A stretch of 64,000 bases of DNA from Candidatus Woesearchaeota archaeon (GTDB lineage Archaea > Nanobdellota > Nanobdellia > Woesearchaeales > UBA9989), in contig DUKZ01000020.1 in NCBI GenBank assembly GCA_013329045.1, positions 33,489 to 97,488 on the forward strand, read 5' to 3'. Each line of letters begins with the position of its first letter. Within the stretch, counting starts at the first letter, position 1. The notes below the pieces were generated by a model. The model did not search any database. It was not told the DNA's origin and saw nothing but the letters and a program-made list of their open reading frames with translations. Of this stretch, positions 9,271 through 18,776 are shown one piece after another. Made by a program: the position numbers and the translations under genes.

Positions 9271-12200
9271 CTAAGACACTATCAATTCGCGATGTTTTAC
9301 ACGCCGAATGAAGTCATCGCTGATGACAAAGCGCACATCATACACGCCAGGTGGTGCGTATTCTGGAACATTGAGGGAAAGCGTCCTTGTCACGACTTTT
9401 CCAGAGCTCACGTCAAAAGGTCCAATCTTCCTATAGACGCCAAGTTCTGGTATGACCATCGTGACATGCACATCATTCATCTTGATGTATCCCTCATTGC
9501 CAAAAGAGATGGCAACGGGCACGCTCTCACCTGCATCGACAGTGTCCCCCTCGATGAAGACGATGCTTCCGACCTCAACTTTTCGTTGAGAATAGGTATC
9601 ATCAAAGGAATATCTGGTCCTGATGGCATATTCCTGGTCGGTGACCATGTTTTCACTCATCGCCCGTATAGTCACAGGGTTCTGGCCGATCTGTGATTCT
9701 GTTGGGACCCAAAGGACTATGCCAGAGTCGCTGTCGATGGTCATGCCAAGCGGTGCAGCAACCAGTGAATAGGTGATGTGGCCACCATCTGGATCGATAG
9801 CGTTTGCATCATACATGTACACTTCGCCGACAAATGCAACACCGATGGGCGTTGAGATGAATCGTGCGCCATCCGCAATAGATTGGATGGTGATTGTTGC
9901 ATCATCATAATCCGACAAGCCATCAGGATCTGTTGCAATGAATCGGAATGCTTCTGCTCCATTAAAATCCTGTGCTCCTCGGATATGCGCAATGTTTTGT
10001 GAGTCTATAGTGATAGAGATTTCACCAGTGCCAGACAGGCGTTGGGTTGTCCAGGCGATCTCATCATCGCTGTTGTCTTCATCAGTGACATAGCTATTAA
10101 GGTCTAGGGATACCTCTTGATCTTCGTCAAGGAACTGGTCTGGGATATCACTGACAACTGGTGCATCTGCAACGGGTGTGATAGTGACAACAAAGGATGC
10201 CTCACTGAACAAGCCCGTGGAATCTGTTGCTCGCACGGTCGCTTCGCAGACACCATTGAAGTTAGAAACAGGAGTAATATCAATGTTCTTTGAGGGATCA
10301 AGGATAATGCCGCAAAGATTGTTATGAGTAACAGAGACCAGGTTAAATGTTAAGGAGGCATCTGGATCATCAGCATCTGTCACATAGTTGAGCAATGAAA
10401 ATGCGTCATTCCGGACAGTATCTTCAGTGAGTGTCTGGTCTGGAAGAGTACTCCAGACAGGCCCATCATTCACTGGCGTGATGGTCAAGGAAAATTGTGC
10501 TGATATGTTGTTACAGGATAATTGTACGTTTTCAGTTCCAGTAAAGTCATGTTCGAGTGAATTGATGACCAGATCATTCCCGGTAAAGTTGAGTGAATAA
10601 TGGGTGTGCGCGGAGACAACATTCACAGCTTCAGTATCATCTGGATCGGTGCAAAGAAGCTTTAATCCCCCATACACAAGGGTCCCGCTGGGACTATCTT
10701 CAGGAACGCTCTTGTCAGTGAGTGTCTGCCACACGGCAGGTTCATCCTCATCATCATCTCCAGGGGTAGTGCAGCCTGGATCATTCCTGTCAATGAGCCC
10801 ATCGCCATCATTATCAAGGCCGTCAGTGCATTGTGTTGGGCCATTGTTTGTTTCATCATTGTCAATCCTGCTCGTGCATCCCCAATCTGCTGGATAATCA
10901 ATCCAGCCATCACCATCATTATCAATGCCATCCTGGCACTGCGTCGTGCCATCTGATTCATCATCATCCATCGGAGAAGAACAGCCAGGGTCTTGCATGT
11001 CGATGACCCCATCATTATCATTATCAAGGGTGTCTGAACACTGGGTCCTGCCTGGATTGAATGGGCCTTCATCATTATCCTGCAAAGAAAAACAGCCGGG
11101 ATCATCAGGAGAATCAACAAACAAGTCGCCATCATTATCGATACTGTCCTGGCACTGCGCTCGTGGCAACAACTCATCGTCGTCATTCACGTGTGAACAG
11201 CTAAAATCAGCAGGGTAATCTGTTGCCCCGTCAGCATCATTGTCAACATGATCATTGCACTGGCCATATTCAGAATCATCTCCAGGGTCTGTGCAGAGTG
11301 GATCATTCCTGTCAATGAGCCCATCGCCATCATTATCAAGGCCGTCAGTGCATTGTGTTGGGCCATTGTTCGTCTCATCATCATCAGTAGGAGAAGTGCA
11401 TCCCCAATCAGCAGGATAATCAATCCAGCCATCACCATCATTATCGATGCCATCACTGCAGGCAAAGGTTGTTTGAGTGACCGTCAAGGTAACAGAATTG
11501 CTCTGGGCACTTCCCCCCCGCCCATCATTCGCGGTAAAGACGACATGCTCAACACCATGGAAGGATGCTGGTTGATTGAAGGAAACAACATTCCCTGAGC
11601 CAATAACAACAGTAATGTTAGGATTATCAGCAGCAGAAGCAGTATAAGTCAAAACATCTCCATCTACATCGCTGAAATAATTATCAAGATCAAAAGCATT
11701 ATTCCGAGAAGTGCCCTGATTCCATGTTTGGGCAGGGATGGGATTAGCATTTGGATCAAAATTAGGATTATCATTGACAGGAACAACACTCACCCTGAAT
11801 ATGTCGCTTCCAGTAAGACCTTGGCTATCATGGACGATCACAGTAGCATCACACACACCATGGAAATTTGCAGCAGGTGTGATATCAATATTATCCAGTG
11901 CATCAATGCTAACACCGCAAAAGTTGCTGTTGGAAACAGAGATGGTGTATATCAATGTGCTGTCAGGATCCTCATGATCTGATGCAAAATCATTCAGGTT
12001 GAATGTATTTAGGAGTTGTGTGTCCTCATTTAGTATCCGGTCAGGAAGATTGGTTATGATAGGAGCCTCATTTTCATCATCATCTCCAGGGGTAGTGCAT
12101 CCTGGATCATTCCTGTCAATGAGCCCATCGCCATCATTATCAAGGCCGTCAGTGCATTGTGTTGGGCCATTGTTCGTTTCATCATCATCAGTAGGAGAAG

Positions 12201-15200
12201 TGCATCCCCAATCAGCAGGATAATCAATCCAGCCATCACCATCATTATCGATGTTATCACTACACTGCGCTGCAGTCTGGGTTAGGTGAACTGCCATGCT
12301 GTCCTGGCCGGTGGCGCCATGAGGATCCCTCACCTGCACAGTAACACCGCAGGTGATTGACTGGCCTTGAGGGATTGTTGCTGTAAAGAGCAGCTCTTCT
12401 TGCGCATTTATCTCAAAATGGCACTCTGGGATGCCGCTGCTGGTGATAGCAAAACTAAGTTCCGTATCATCCGGATCGAATGACTCGGCATTAAGATCAT
12501 GGAGAACTACTAATCCTTGGATGTCCTGCAAGGTCACATCTGCAAGAGAGATGGTAGGAGGACCGTTTTCATCATTATCATTACGGTCATCGCACTGTGG
12601 ATCATCCTGGTCAATGGCAATATCAGCATCGTTGTCAATGCCATCAGAACATTGTGTATTCCCGTTGTTTGTCTCATCATCATCCCGGGGGCTGGTGCAA
12701 CCAAAATCTGCTGGATAATCTATCGCGCCATCATTATCATTATCTAGCCCATCAGAACATTGAGGGATCGCTGCCACCTGGAACTGGAAGGTAAACAGAT
12801 TGTTTGCTTCATTCGTCTCATGATAGACATTGTTTGGATCAACCTGGATGGCAAAAAAATGCGTTCCAGCACTCAAATGGCCAAGGTTCACTGAGGTCAT
12901 AAAAGAAGCTGAAGGAAATGGCAGTGTTGGAATGGAGGTAATAACATTCGAATCAAGCGTTACTCTCACCGGTAGGTTTGTTGGAATGCCGGCATTTGCG
13001 GGGATCTTATGAGTGTTAAACTGGACTATGGCATTCTGATTTATAGTAATAGGACTATTTTGGAGAAACCCATTATCAATCAAGAGATCAAAGGTATTGG
13101 ACTCATCATCATCTGCAGTGCTGGTGCATCCAGGATCAGCAGGGTAGTCTATGAGCGTATCGCCATCATTGTCTAGCCCATCAGAGCACTGGGTCCTGCC
13201 TGGATTGAACGGTCCTTCATCATTGTCCTGTAAAGAAAAACAGCCAGGATCATCGGGATAATCAACAAACAAGTCGCCATCATTATCTATGCTGTCCTGG
13301 CACTGCGCTCGTGGCAACAGCTCATCGTCGTCGAAATAAGATGAACAGCTAAAATCATTTGGGAAATCGACTGCGCCGTCTTGATCATTGTCTTGGCTGT
13401 CTGAACATTGCGTATAATCACATCCCTGGACAGGTGAACAGATAAACGAGCATTGGTCGATGGTAGTGCTCACAACATTTTCACAGAAGCTAGAGTCTGT
13501 TCCTCCATTTCGGCATGTTGGGGTAGTGGTAGTGGTCACAAACCCGTTATTCACATTACAGGAGTTAGAGCTAGAGATACTGCCGCAATCATTATTCACA
13601 TAGCAGATGATAGGTCCATCAGACTCATCATCATCTATTGGAGAGGAACATCCAGGATCGGCAGGATAATCAATTCTAGTATCACCATCATTATCGATGC
13701 CATCATTGCATTGGAATACTTGGCGAACAACAGTCAACACGACAGAATTACTCTGAGCAGAACCGCCAAGACCATCACGAGCAGTAAAAACAACACGCTC
13801 AACACCAAAAAAAGAAGCGGCCTGAGTAAAAGAAACAACATTCCCTGAGCCAATAACAACAGTAATGTTAGGATTATCAGCAGCAGAAGCAGTATAAGTC
13901 AAAACATCACCATCAACATCAACAAAAAAGTTATCAAGATCAAAAGCATTATTCCGAGAAGTACCCTGAGTCCACGTCTGATCAGGAATAGGATTAGCAA
14001 GAGGATCAAAATTAGGATTATCATTAACAGGAACAACAATCACACGAAAAACATCACTGCTGGAAAGACCAGAAGGATCACGAACAGTAACAGTAACATC
14101 ACAAAAACCATTAAAATTATTTTGAGGCGTGAGATCAACATTCTTACCTGAATCAACAACAACACCACACTGATTACTAGTAGTAACAGCAAGAACATAA
14201 TTCAATTGTGAATCAACATTATCAGGATCAGAAGAAAAATCATTAAGATTAAAAGCATTATCCCTCGAAGTATCCTCATTCAATGTTTGATCAGGAAGAC
14301 CAGCAATAACAGGAGGCTGATTCGGAACGGGTATGACAAAGACCTGTGCACTCCCAACACCATTCGTTGGTATGTCCCTTGCCTGAACAACGCAATTTCC
14401 TGCTGCAATGCCTGTCAGCAGCCCATTTTGGTTTACTGTGCAGAATGCAGTTCCCTGGCTAATGCTCCATGCATAGCTCGTCCCGCCAGTTGCAGTGAAT
14501 TGCTGTGTCTGTCCAACAGTGATTGTCGCAGGGTTTGGTAAAACAACAACAGATGCAGGGTCTGGAAACTCTGATGGATCATCTGGCCCTGTACAGTCCG
14601 GATCATCCTGGTCGATAAATCCATCACCGTCATTGTCTATGCCATCAGAACATTGTGTTGGGCCATTGTTTGTTTCATTGTTATCTTCTGGGCTGGTACA
14701 GCCAAAATCTGCCGGATAGTCTATTTCCCCATCGCCATCATTATCAATGAAATCTGAGCATTGTGGTGTTGATGGGCCTTGAACGTGGATTGAGATTATC
14801 GAGGACATGGGCGTTATAGTCAGCCCATTGCATCGTGGATCAGTGGGAAATCCTTCAACAGTAACAAAATGATCACCAGGTACTGTTGGTATATAAGTGA
14901 ATGATGCAGGTCTTGGTGTAACAGCGTCAGGATTTGCTGCTAAGGTCTCTTGTTGAGAGAATACCTGTGTTCCGGTCACAATCCCAGTTTCAGTTACTCG
15001 TGTTTGTACAGGGAACAGATTGTGATTGTTGTCAGCATAGTTGCTGATTCTATTATAAGAGAACGTCACTGTTTGCCCAACCTGAGGCTGAGCATTTGAC
15101 GCGACAAGATTGTTGATTATAGTGTAGCACTCGTTTGTTGGCCTGGCTTCCAGGACAACAAGATTTTCGTAGGCGTTATCTGCTACTTTATTATTTTGAT

Positions 15201-15948
15201 TGCATTGTGAATCTGTAACATCAGTGTCTATATGGATTTGGTAATTTCCCGGTGTGGCAGGCGTCCAGACAAACCGGACTGTTTCTGTGCTGTCCATGAA
15301 GATGTTAACATCACGAGAATCTGTATAGATAACCTGCCCTGTTCCAAGCTGCTCTACTTGAAGGGTAATCCTGGTCATCGCTGAATAGTACTCATCCTTC
15401 AATGCCAGCAGTGCAGGATCATCTGGAGGAAGCCAGTTTGGAAAGCCATTATTGAGCCTATAGAAAGGAGAGTTTGCATCCGCAGCGATGTTTGCGGGTA
15501 CATCAATGACCAATGGTTCATTTGCATAGACAGAGTTTTCTGTCACGAGATTGCCGATCTCTGCCCTGCAGAAATCGCCTTTGAAGAATTCTACTTTTTG
15601 GGAAAAATCTCCAGTGGTAGGCGTTGTTGTGTACGTTTGCTTGAGCGGCATGTATCCTTGCTTATGATAATAGAGCCCATACCACCACGAACCGGAATCC
15701 GGCCGGGCTATGTTGAAGACTGATACTGCATCACCTGAATTTCCTTGAAGATAACCATAGATAGAATTGCAGGGTTGGTCTTGGCATTGCGCCAGCAGAA
15801 CATCAACACCCGTCACAAGATTCTGGGTTACCTTATCAGCAAACGTTACTGTATATCGCGACGTTCCCGCCGCTGAAACTGGAATGATTGATGTCACCAA
15901 AAAGATGGTAACAAACAAGGTTAGGAATTGTTTAGAGTTCATGATCAT
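9271..15948 (-). CDS. Giant (2225 aa) secreted adhesin-like protein with Asp-rich Cys-bounded DNDGDG repeats (thrombospondin-type-3-like Ca-binding), cadherin-like modules and He_PIG-type Ig-like modules
   Basis: Signal peptide MIMNSKQFLTLFVTIFLVTSIIPVSAAG. About 20 repeats of C-[ST]-D-G-[IL]-D-N-D-G-D-G-x-I-D-Y-P-A-D-x-G-C. VVPVNDNPNF cadherin-type motifs. A C-terminal HITYSLVAAPLGMTIDSDSGIVLWVPT motif. GGGGGAAC lies 3 nt upstream of the ATG. Confidence 0.75.
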   Translation of the reverse strand: MIMNSKQFLTLFVTIFLVTSIIPVSAAGTSRYTVTFADKVTQNLVTGVDVLLAQCQDQPCNSIYGYLQGNSGDAVSVFNIARPDSGSWWYGLYYHKQGYMPLKQTYTTTPTTGDFSQKVEFFKGDFCRAEIGNLVTENSVYANEPLVIDVPANIAADANSPFYRLNNGFPNWLPPDDPALLALKDEYYSAMTRITLQVEQLGTGQVIYTDSRDVNIFMDSTETVRFVWTPATPGNYQIHIDTDVTDSQCNQNNKVADNAYENLVVLEARPTNECYTIINNLVASNAQPQVGQTVTFSYNRISNYADNNHNLFPVQTRVTETGIVTGTQVFSQQETLAANPDAVTPRPASFTYIPTVPGDHFVTVEGFPTDPRCNGLTITPMSSIISIHVQGPSTPQCSDFIDNDGDGEIDYPADFGCTSPEDNNETNNGPTQCSDGIDNDGDGFIDQDDPDCTGPDDPSEFPDPASVVVLPNPATITVGQTQQFTATGGTSYAWSISQGTAFCTVNQNGLLTGIAAGNCVVQARDIPTNGVGSAQVFVIPVPNQPPVIAGLPDQTLNEDTSRDNAFNLNDFSSDPDNVDSQLNYVLAVTTSNQCGVVVDSGKNVDLTPQNNFNGFCDVTVTVRDPSGLSSSDVFRVIVVPVNDNPNFDPLANPIPDQTWTQGTSRNNAFDLDNFFVDVDGDVLTYTASAADNPNITVVIGSGNVVSFTQAASFFGVERVVFTARDGLGGSAQSNSVVLTVVRQVFQCNDGIDNDGDTRIDYPADPGCSSPIDDDESDGPIICYVNNDCGSISSSNSCNVNNGFVTTTTTPTCRNGGTDSSFCENVVSTTIDQCSFICSPVQGCDYTQCSDSQDNDQDGAVDFPNDFSCSSYFDDDELLPRAQCQDSIDNDGDLFVDYPDDPGCFSLQDNDEGPFNPGRTQCSDGLDNDGDTLIDYPADPGCTSTADDDESNTFDLLIDNGFLQNSPITINQNAIVQFNTHKIPANAGIPTNLPVRVTLDSNVITSIPTLPFPSASFMTSVNLGHLSAGTHFFAIQVDPNNVYHETNEANNLFTFQFQVAAIPQCSDGLDNDNDGAIDYPADFGCTSPRDDDETNNGNTQCSDGIDNDADIAIDQDDPQCDDRNDNDENGPPTISLADVTLQDIQGLVVLHDLNAESFDPDDTELSFAITSSGIPECHFEINAQEELLFTATIPQGQSITCGVTVQVRDPHGATGQDSMAVHLTQTAAQCSDNIDNDGDGWIDYPADWGCTSPTDDDETNNGPTQCTDGLDNDGDGLIDRNDPGCTTPGDDDENEAPIITNLPDRILNEDTQLLNTFNLNDFASDHEDPDSTLIYTISVSNSNFCGVSIDALDNIDITPAANFHGVCDATVIVHDSQGLTGSDIFRVSVVPVNDNPNFDPNANPIPAQTWNQGTSRNNAFDLDNYFSDVDGDVLTYTASAADNPNITVVIGSGNVVSFNQPASFHGVEHVVFTANDGRGGSAQSNSVTLTVTQTTFACSDGIDNDGDGWIDYPADWGCTSPTDDDETNNGPTQCTDGLDNDGDGLIDRNDPLCTDPGDDSEYGQCNDHVDNDADGATDYPADFSCSHVNDDDELLPRAQCQDSIDNDGDLFVDSPDDPGCFSLQDNDEGPFNPGRTQCSDTLDNDNDGVIDMQDPGCSSPMDDDESDGTTQCQDGIDNDGDGWIDYPADWGCTSRIDNDETNNGPTQCTDGLDNDGDGLIDRNDPGCTTPGDDDEDEPAVWQTLTDKSVPEDSPSGTLVYGGLKLLCTDPDDTEAVNVVSAHTHYSLNFTGNDLVINSLEHDFTGTENVQLSCNNISAQFSLTITPVNDGPVWSTLPDQTLTEDTVRNDAFSLLNYVTDADDPDASLTFNLVSVTHNNLCGIILDPSKNIDITPVSNFNGVCEATVRATDSTGLFSEASFVVTITPVADAPVVSDIPDQFLDEDQEVSLDLNSYVTDEDNSDDEIAWTTQRLSGTGEISITIDSQNIAHIRGAQDFNGAEAFRFIATDPDGLSDYDDATITIQSIADGARFISTPIGVAFVGEVYMYDANAIDPDGGHITYSLVAAPLGMTIDSDSGIVLWVPTESQIGQNPVTIRAMSENMVTDQEYAIRTRYSFDDTYSQRKVEVGSIVFIEGDTVDAGESVPVAISFGNEGYIKMNDVHVTMVIPELGVYRKIGPFDVSSGKVVTRTLSLNVPEYAPPGVYDVRFVISDDFIRRVKHRELIVS
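11538..12093. repeat. Intragenic long repeat copy 1 (cadherin-like module duplication within the giant adhesin gene)
   Basis: A 77-nt block is identical at 11581-11657 and 13839-13915, with flanking high similarity. The encoded peptides are about 190 aa and nearly identical. Confidence 0.8.
13728..14298. repeat. Intragenic long repeat copy 2
   Basis: Partner of 11538..12093. Several shorter DNDGDG-unit nucleotide repeats recur at about 10790, 11305 and 12110. Confidence 0.8.
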
Positions 15949-15960
15949 GTTCCCCCGATT

Positions 15961-18570
15961 TTATTCGATCGTTGAGCCTCCAATGCCGCCGCTTCCTCCT
16001 CCAGATCCACCGCCGCCAATGCCTCCAGTGCCAACTGATGGGATGATGGGTCCTGGTCCGCCATTGCCGCCAATTCCTGGCGGCCCCTGTGGTCCAGCGG
16101 GTCCTTGTGGTCCAGAACCTCCATTAGCGCCAGGTGGGCCTTGTTGTCCCTGAGGGCCTCTCTCTGGTCCATCAAAAAGATCGATGAGCTGTGTCACTGT
16201 TGAGATGAATGAAGCGATACCATACAACCCATCCAGGAAGACACCAAATGAGGCAGGTCCAACAACCCTGCTTCTCCTGAGAGGAGAAAATCCTCTAGCT
16301 TCAAAATTAAGGTCTGCTGCCCCATCAAAGCCAAGATTATGCCATTCTCCACCAGAAAGACGTTCTTGGCCAGTTAAGATAAGATCGCCATAATGTCCTT
16401 CTCCAACTCCATACGATGTTTGAACAGGATCCTTGAATACAATGAGACCAAGAAGAGGTATACCAGAAAAAGGCCGAGACTCATGGAGGTGGTTCATTGC
16501 AGGCATGACAGGACCCCACATTTGGTCATCGAGACCAACATAGGGGAATAGTCCATGTGTATTTTGAAATCGAACAGCACCAATACGATAATGTTCAGGT
16601 TCATTGATGGTTGATAGGAGTTGTTGTCTTGTCGCTTCTGGCAGTGCATCACCAGCAGCAAAATCAATGTTGCCTATGCCATTCCATGCATCTCGCACCC
16701 AATTTATTTGATCTCTGCTGCTCACTCTATCAGGTCGCTGACGGATTCTTTGTGCCCTAAACCGATGGAAATTAGCATTCACCTGATAATCGCTTCCTTT
16801 AAGTGCTAAGCGTTTATCAACAAGTGCTAATACTAATGTATCATACGGTTTGTTCAGGACTAACGTATCCAGGTCGACCGGTGGATTATTCACCCAATCA
16901 GCCCTTCTGTTCTCTTCTGTCGTGATGGGTTGAACATAGGTAGTGAGGAATTTATCTTCCTCACCTGGTAAGATGATTGGTACCATCCCGGTATACGGGT
17001 CAGTACTCATAGGAATACGAGCTTGTTCGCCATGTCGGACAGCAACAGCAAGAAGCAACGGGCTAACCCTATCACGTAAAAGATATCCTGTGGGCCGCTG
17101 TTCTAGCAGGGTTATTCGCAACTCATGATCCGCAATAGTCTCGCCATGTTCACTCACAGCGCTTTCAAGACTGCTCACCCTCCTTTCTAGTCTTGTGTAT
17201 AAGCTGCCAAGCTGCTCTATTTGCCCCGCTACCCAACCCCTGAAAGTTGGATATCCCTCAAGGATCGTATGCCATTCATTCCACCATACCCTGATGGACC
17301 CGCAAAGGTCATCTAAGACTGGTGGTTCAATATGAGAGGTTTCTCTTTGTTCTTCAAGGCCTCTCCCGACAGCATATAGGGTTTCCAGCATTGTCCTAAT
17401 CTCGGTTGTCCTGACAACAAAGTAAGGGGTGTTAGTATCCGGATTAGTGGTAGTGCGGCCCCATTCATACACAGCAGCGAGGGCTTCAAGGCTCCTGCCT
17501 GTCAGTCGGACAAGTCCTGGCCTTCGTTCTGTTGTCTCATCGAGGTATATCTCTGCCGGGAAGATGATATCTCCTGATTGCCCGTGACCAAACGCGTATG
17601 ATCCATGGCCTCTGGCTCTTCCGTTCGCAAAGACATAATAGGTTCCATCATCATTAACCCTGAACGTGACAGTTTGGTTTCTTGTGACATAATCTACAAG
17701 ACCTGCCTGGTCATTGTCAAACATATGGGTTAATTCCCTAACGACAGAATCACCCGCTCCATGGGTAGTAACATAATCTGCAATTGCATCGCTCCAGGCT
17801 TGCCCTGGTTCTGATCGTAAAGTCAGGCTTCTTCCTTGTCCAATGCTTTGGAAGCCTTCAAACTCGTTTGTAGTGACGGTGGATCGTGGATCCCTAGCTT
17901 CTGTTCGAACAACGCTCGCATGACTATACCCCATTTGGCCGAATTCAAAATAACGGAGCATAGAGGCAACTAATGTCTGTTGAACATCATCGACAGTGGT
18001 CATATCATTTGGAACGCCGGTGATATGGAGCGATGCGCGGGTGCTGGCAGTGTTCAGCCATACTTCCATCTCTCTGACCATTCCAGGCAGGTCGATTCTT
18101 TCTTCTTGGTAGTCATACCATATCTGCGCTCTTTTTGAGTCATCTCGGATATCAAAGAACACATAGCGCTCTCCTGCATCGGTAAGATGCATATTCCGGG
18201 GGACTGTTCCAGCCCATAATTGAAGATCAGGGGTCTCCATTCCATAGTGTGAGAGGAGGGATGGAAGGGCAATTTGCTGTCCTTGGCCTCCGTCAGCTGC
18301 AGGTGCGTCTGCTGCCGGTGCTGTTGTTGCAGCAGAGACTGGTGCTGCCATGCCGGTAAAGAGAGTGAGTGCGCCAAGGGCAAGAATTGCTGAATTGGGG
18401 ATAGTTCTTCCATGATAAACTTCAGGATTTCCTTCATGTCCTCCAAGGCGAAGGCTCAGCCCTTCTAACGTTTCTAAACCGCCTGTTTTTTGCAGAGCTC
18501 GAGAAGCATAATCTGAAAGGTGGTCAAGCCCATAGTGTTTCCCACCAAGTCCCCGTGATTGATCTGTCAT
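15961..18570 (-). CDS. Secreted protein with a C-terminal collagen-like G-X-Y repeat tail
   Basis: The ORF is open to 18624. The probable start is the ATG at 18570 (MTDQSRG...), with AAGGGGGTACC upstream. A hydrophobic signal-like segment AILALGALTLFTGMAAPVSA. The C-terminus is GPQGQQGPPGANGGSGPQGPAGPQGPPGIGGNGGPGP, then Gly-rich. Only 12 nt separate it from the downstream giant gene. Confidence 0.6.
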   Translation of the reverse strand: MTDQSRGLGGKHYGLDHLSDYASRALQKTGGLETLEGLSLRLGGHEGNPEVYHGRTIPNSAILALGALTLFTGMAAPVSAATTAPAADAPAADGGQGQQIALPSLLSHYGMETPDLQLWAGTVPRNMHLTDAGERYVFFDIRDDSKRAQIWYDYQEERIDLPGMVREMEVWLNTASTRASLHITGVPNDMTTVDDVQQTLVASMLRYFEFGQMGYSHASVVRTEARDPRSTVTTNEFEGFQSIGQGRSLTLRSEPGQAWSDAIADYVTTHGAGDSVVRELTHMFDNDQAGLVDYVTRNQTVTFRVNDDGTYYVFANGRARGHGSYAFGHGQSGDIIFPAEIYLDETTERRPGLVRLTGRSLEALAAVYEWGRTTTNPDTNTPYFVVRTTEIRTMLETLYAVGRGLEEQRETSHIEPPVLDDLCGSIRVWWNEWHTILEGYPTFRGWVAGQIEQLGSLYTRLERRVSSLESAVSEHGETIADHELRITLLEQRPTGYLLRDRVSPLLLAVAVRHGEQARIPMSTDPYTGMVPIILPGEEDKFLTTYVQPITTEENRRADWVNNPPVDLDTLVLNKPYDTLVLALVDKRLALKGSDYQVNANFHRFRAQRIRQRPDRVSSRDQINWVRDAWNGIGNIDFAAGDALPEATRQQLLSTINEPEHYRIGAVRFQNTHGLFPYVGLDDQMWGPVMPAMNHLHESRPFSGIPLLGLIVFKDPVQTSYGVGEGHYGDLILTGQERLSGGEWHNLGFDGAADLNFEARGFSPLRRSRVVGPASFGVFLDGLYGIASFISTVTQLIDLFDGPERGPQGQQGPPGANGGSGPQGPAGPQGPPGIGGNGGPGPIIPSVGTGGIGGGGSGGGSGGIGGSTIE

Positions 18571-18776
18571 TCTAAGGTACCCCCTTATCGATCTCTCACC
18601 CCATTTTAGAATGCCCCCAGGCAAACTTAATAGGCAAAAAACATACTCATTATTTAAAGCTTGTGGTTTATTACTATTATAAAATAGTAAATATATAATA
18701 GAATAATATGGTAACGACCATCAAGTGACAAGAATCAAAGGTAATGTTTTAATAAAGGAATAATTAGCCTTCTCCC

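Noticed and set aside
11513-11519. C7 homopolymer inside the giant adhesin gene
   Set aside because: It is only 7 nt and embedded in an RGG-coding context. It is noted as a possible slippage site but not reported as a finding.
10662-12260. Several ORFs in the track that begin MMMVMAGLII... and the plus-strand ORFs ending ...PSLSRPSVHCVGPLFVSS
   Set aside because: They are alternative-frame or antisense readings of the repeated DNDGDG-unit DNA inside the giant adhesin gene. Their recurrence reflects the nucleotide repeats, not separate genes.
9271-15948. Possible CRISPR array, because of regularly recurring about 60-nt identical blocks
   Set aside because: The repeats lie in-frame within one long ORF and encode a protein repeat with variable-length spacers of coding sequence. 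No cas genes are present, and the spacers are related to each other.
15767-16153. Plus-strand proline-rich ORF (PPPDPPPPMPP..PGGPCGP)
   Set aside because: It is the antisense shadow of the collagen-like G-X-Y coding region of the minus-strand gene. A Gly GGN codon read backwards gives Pro.
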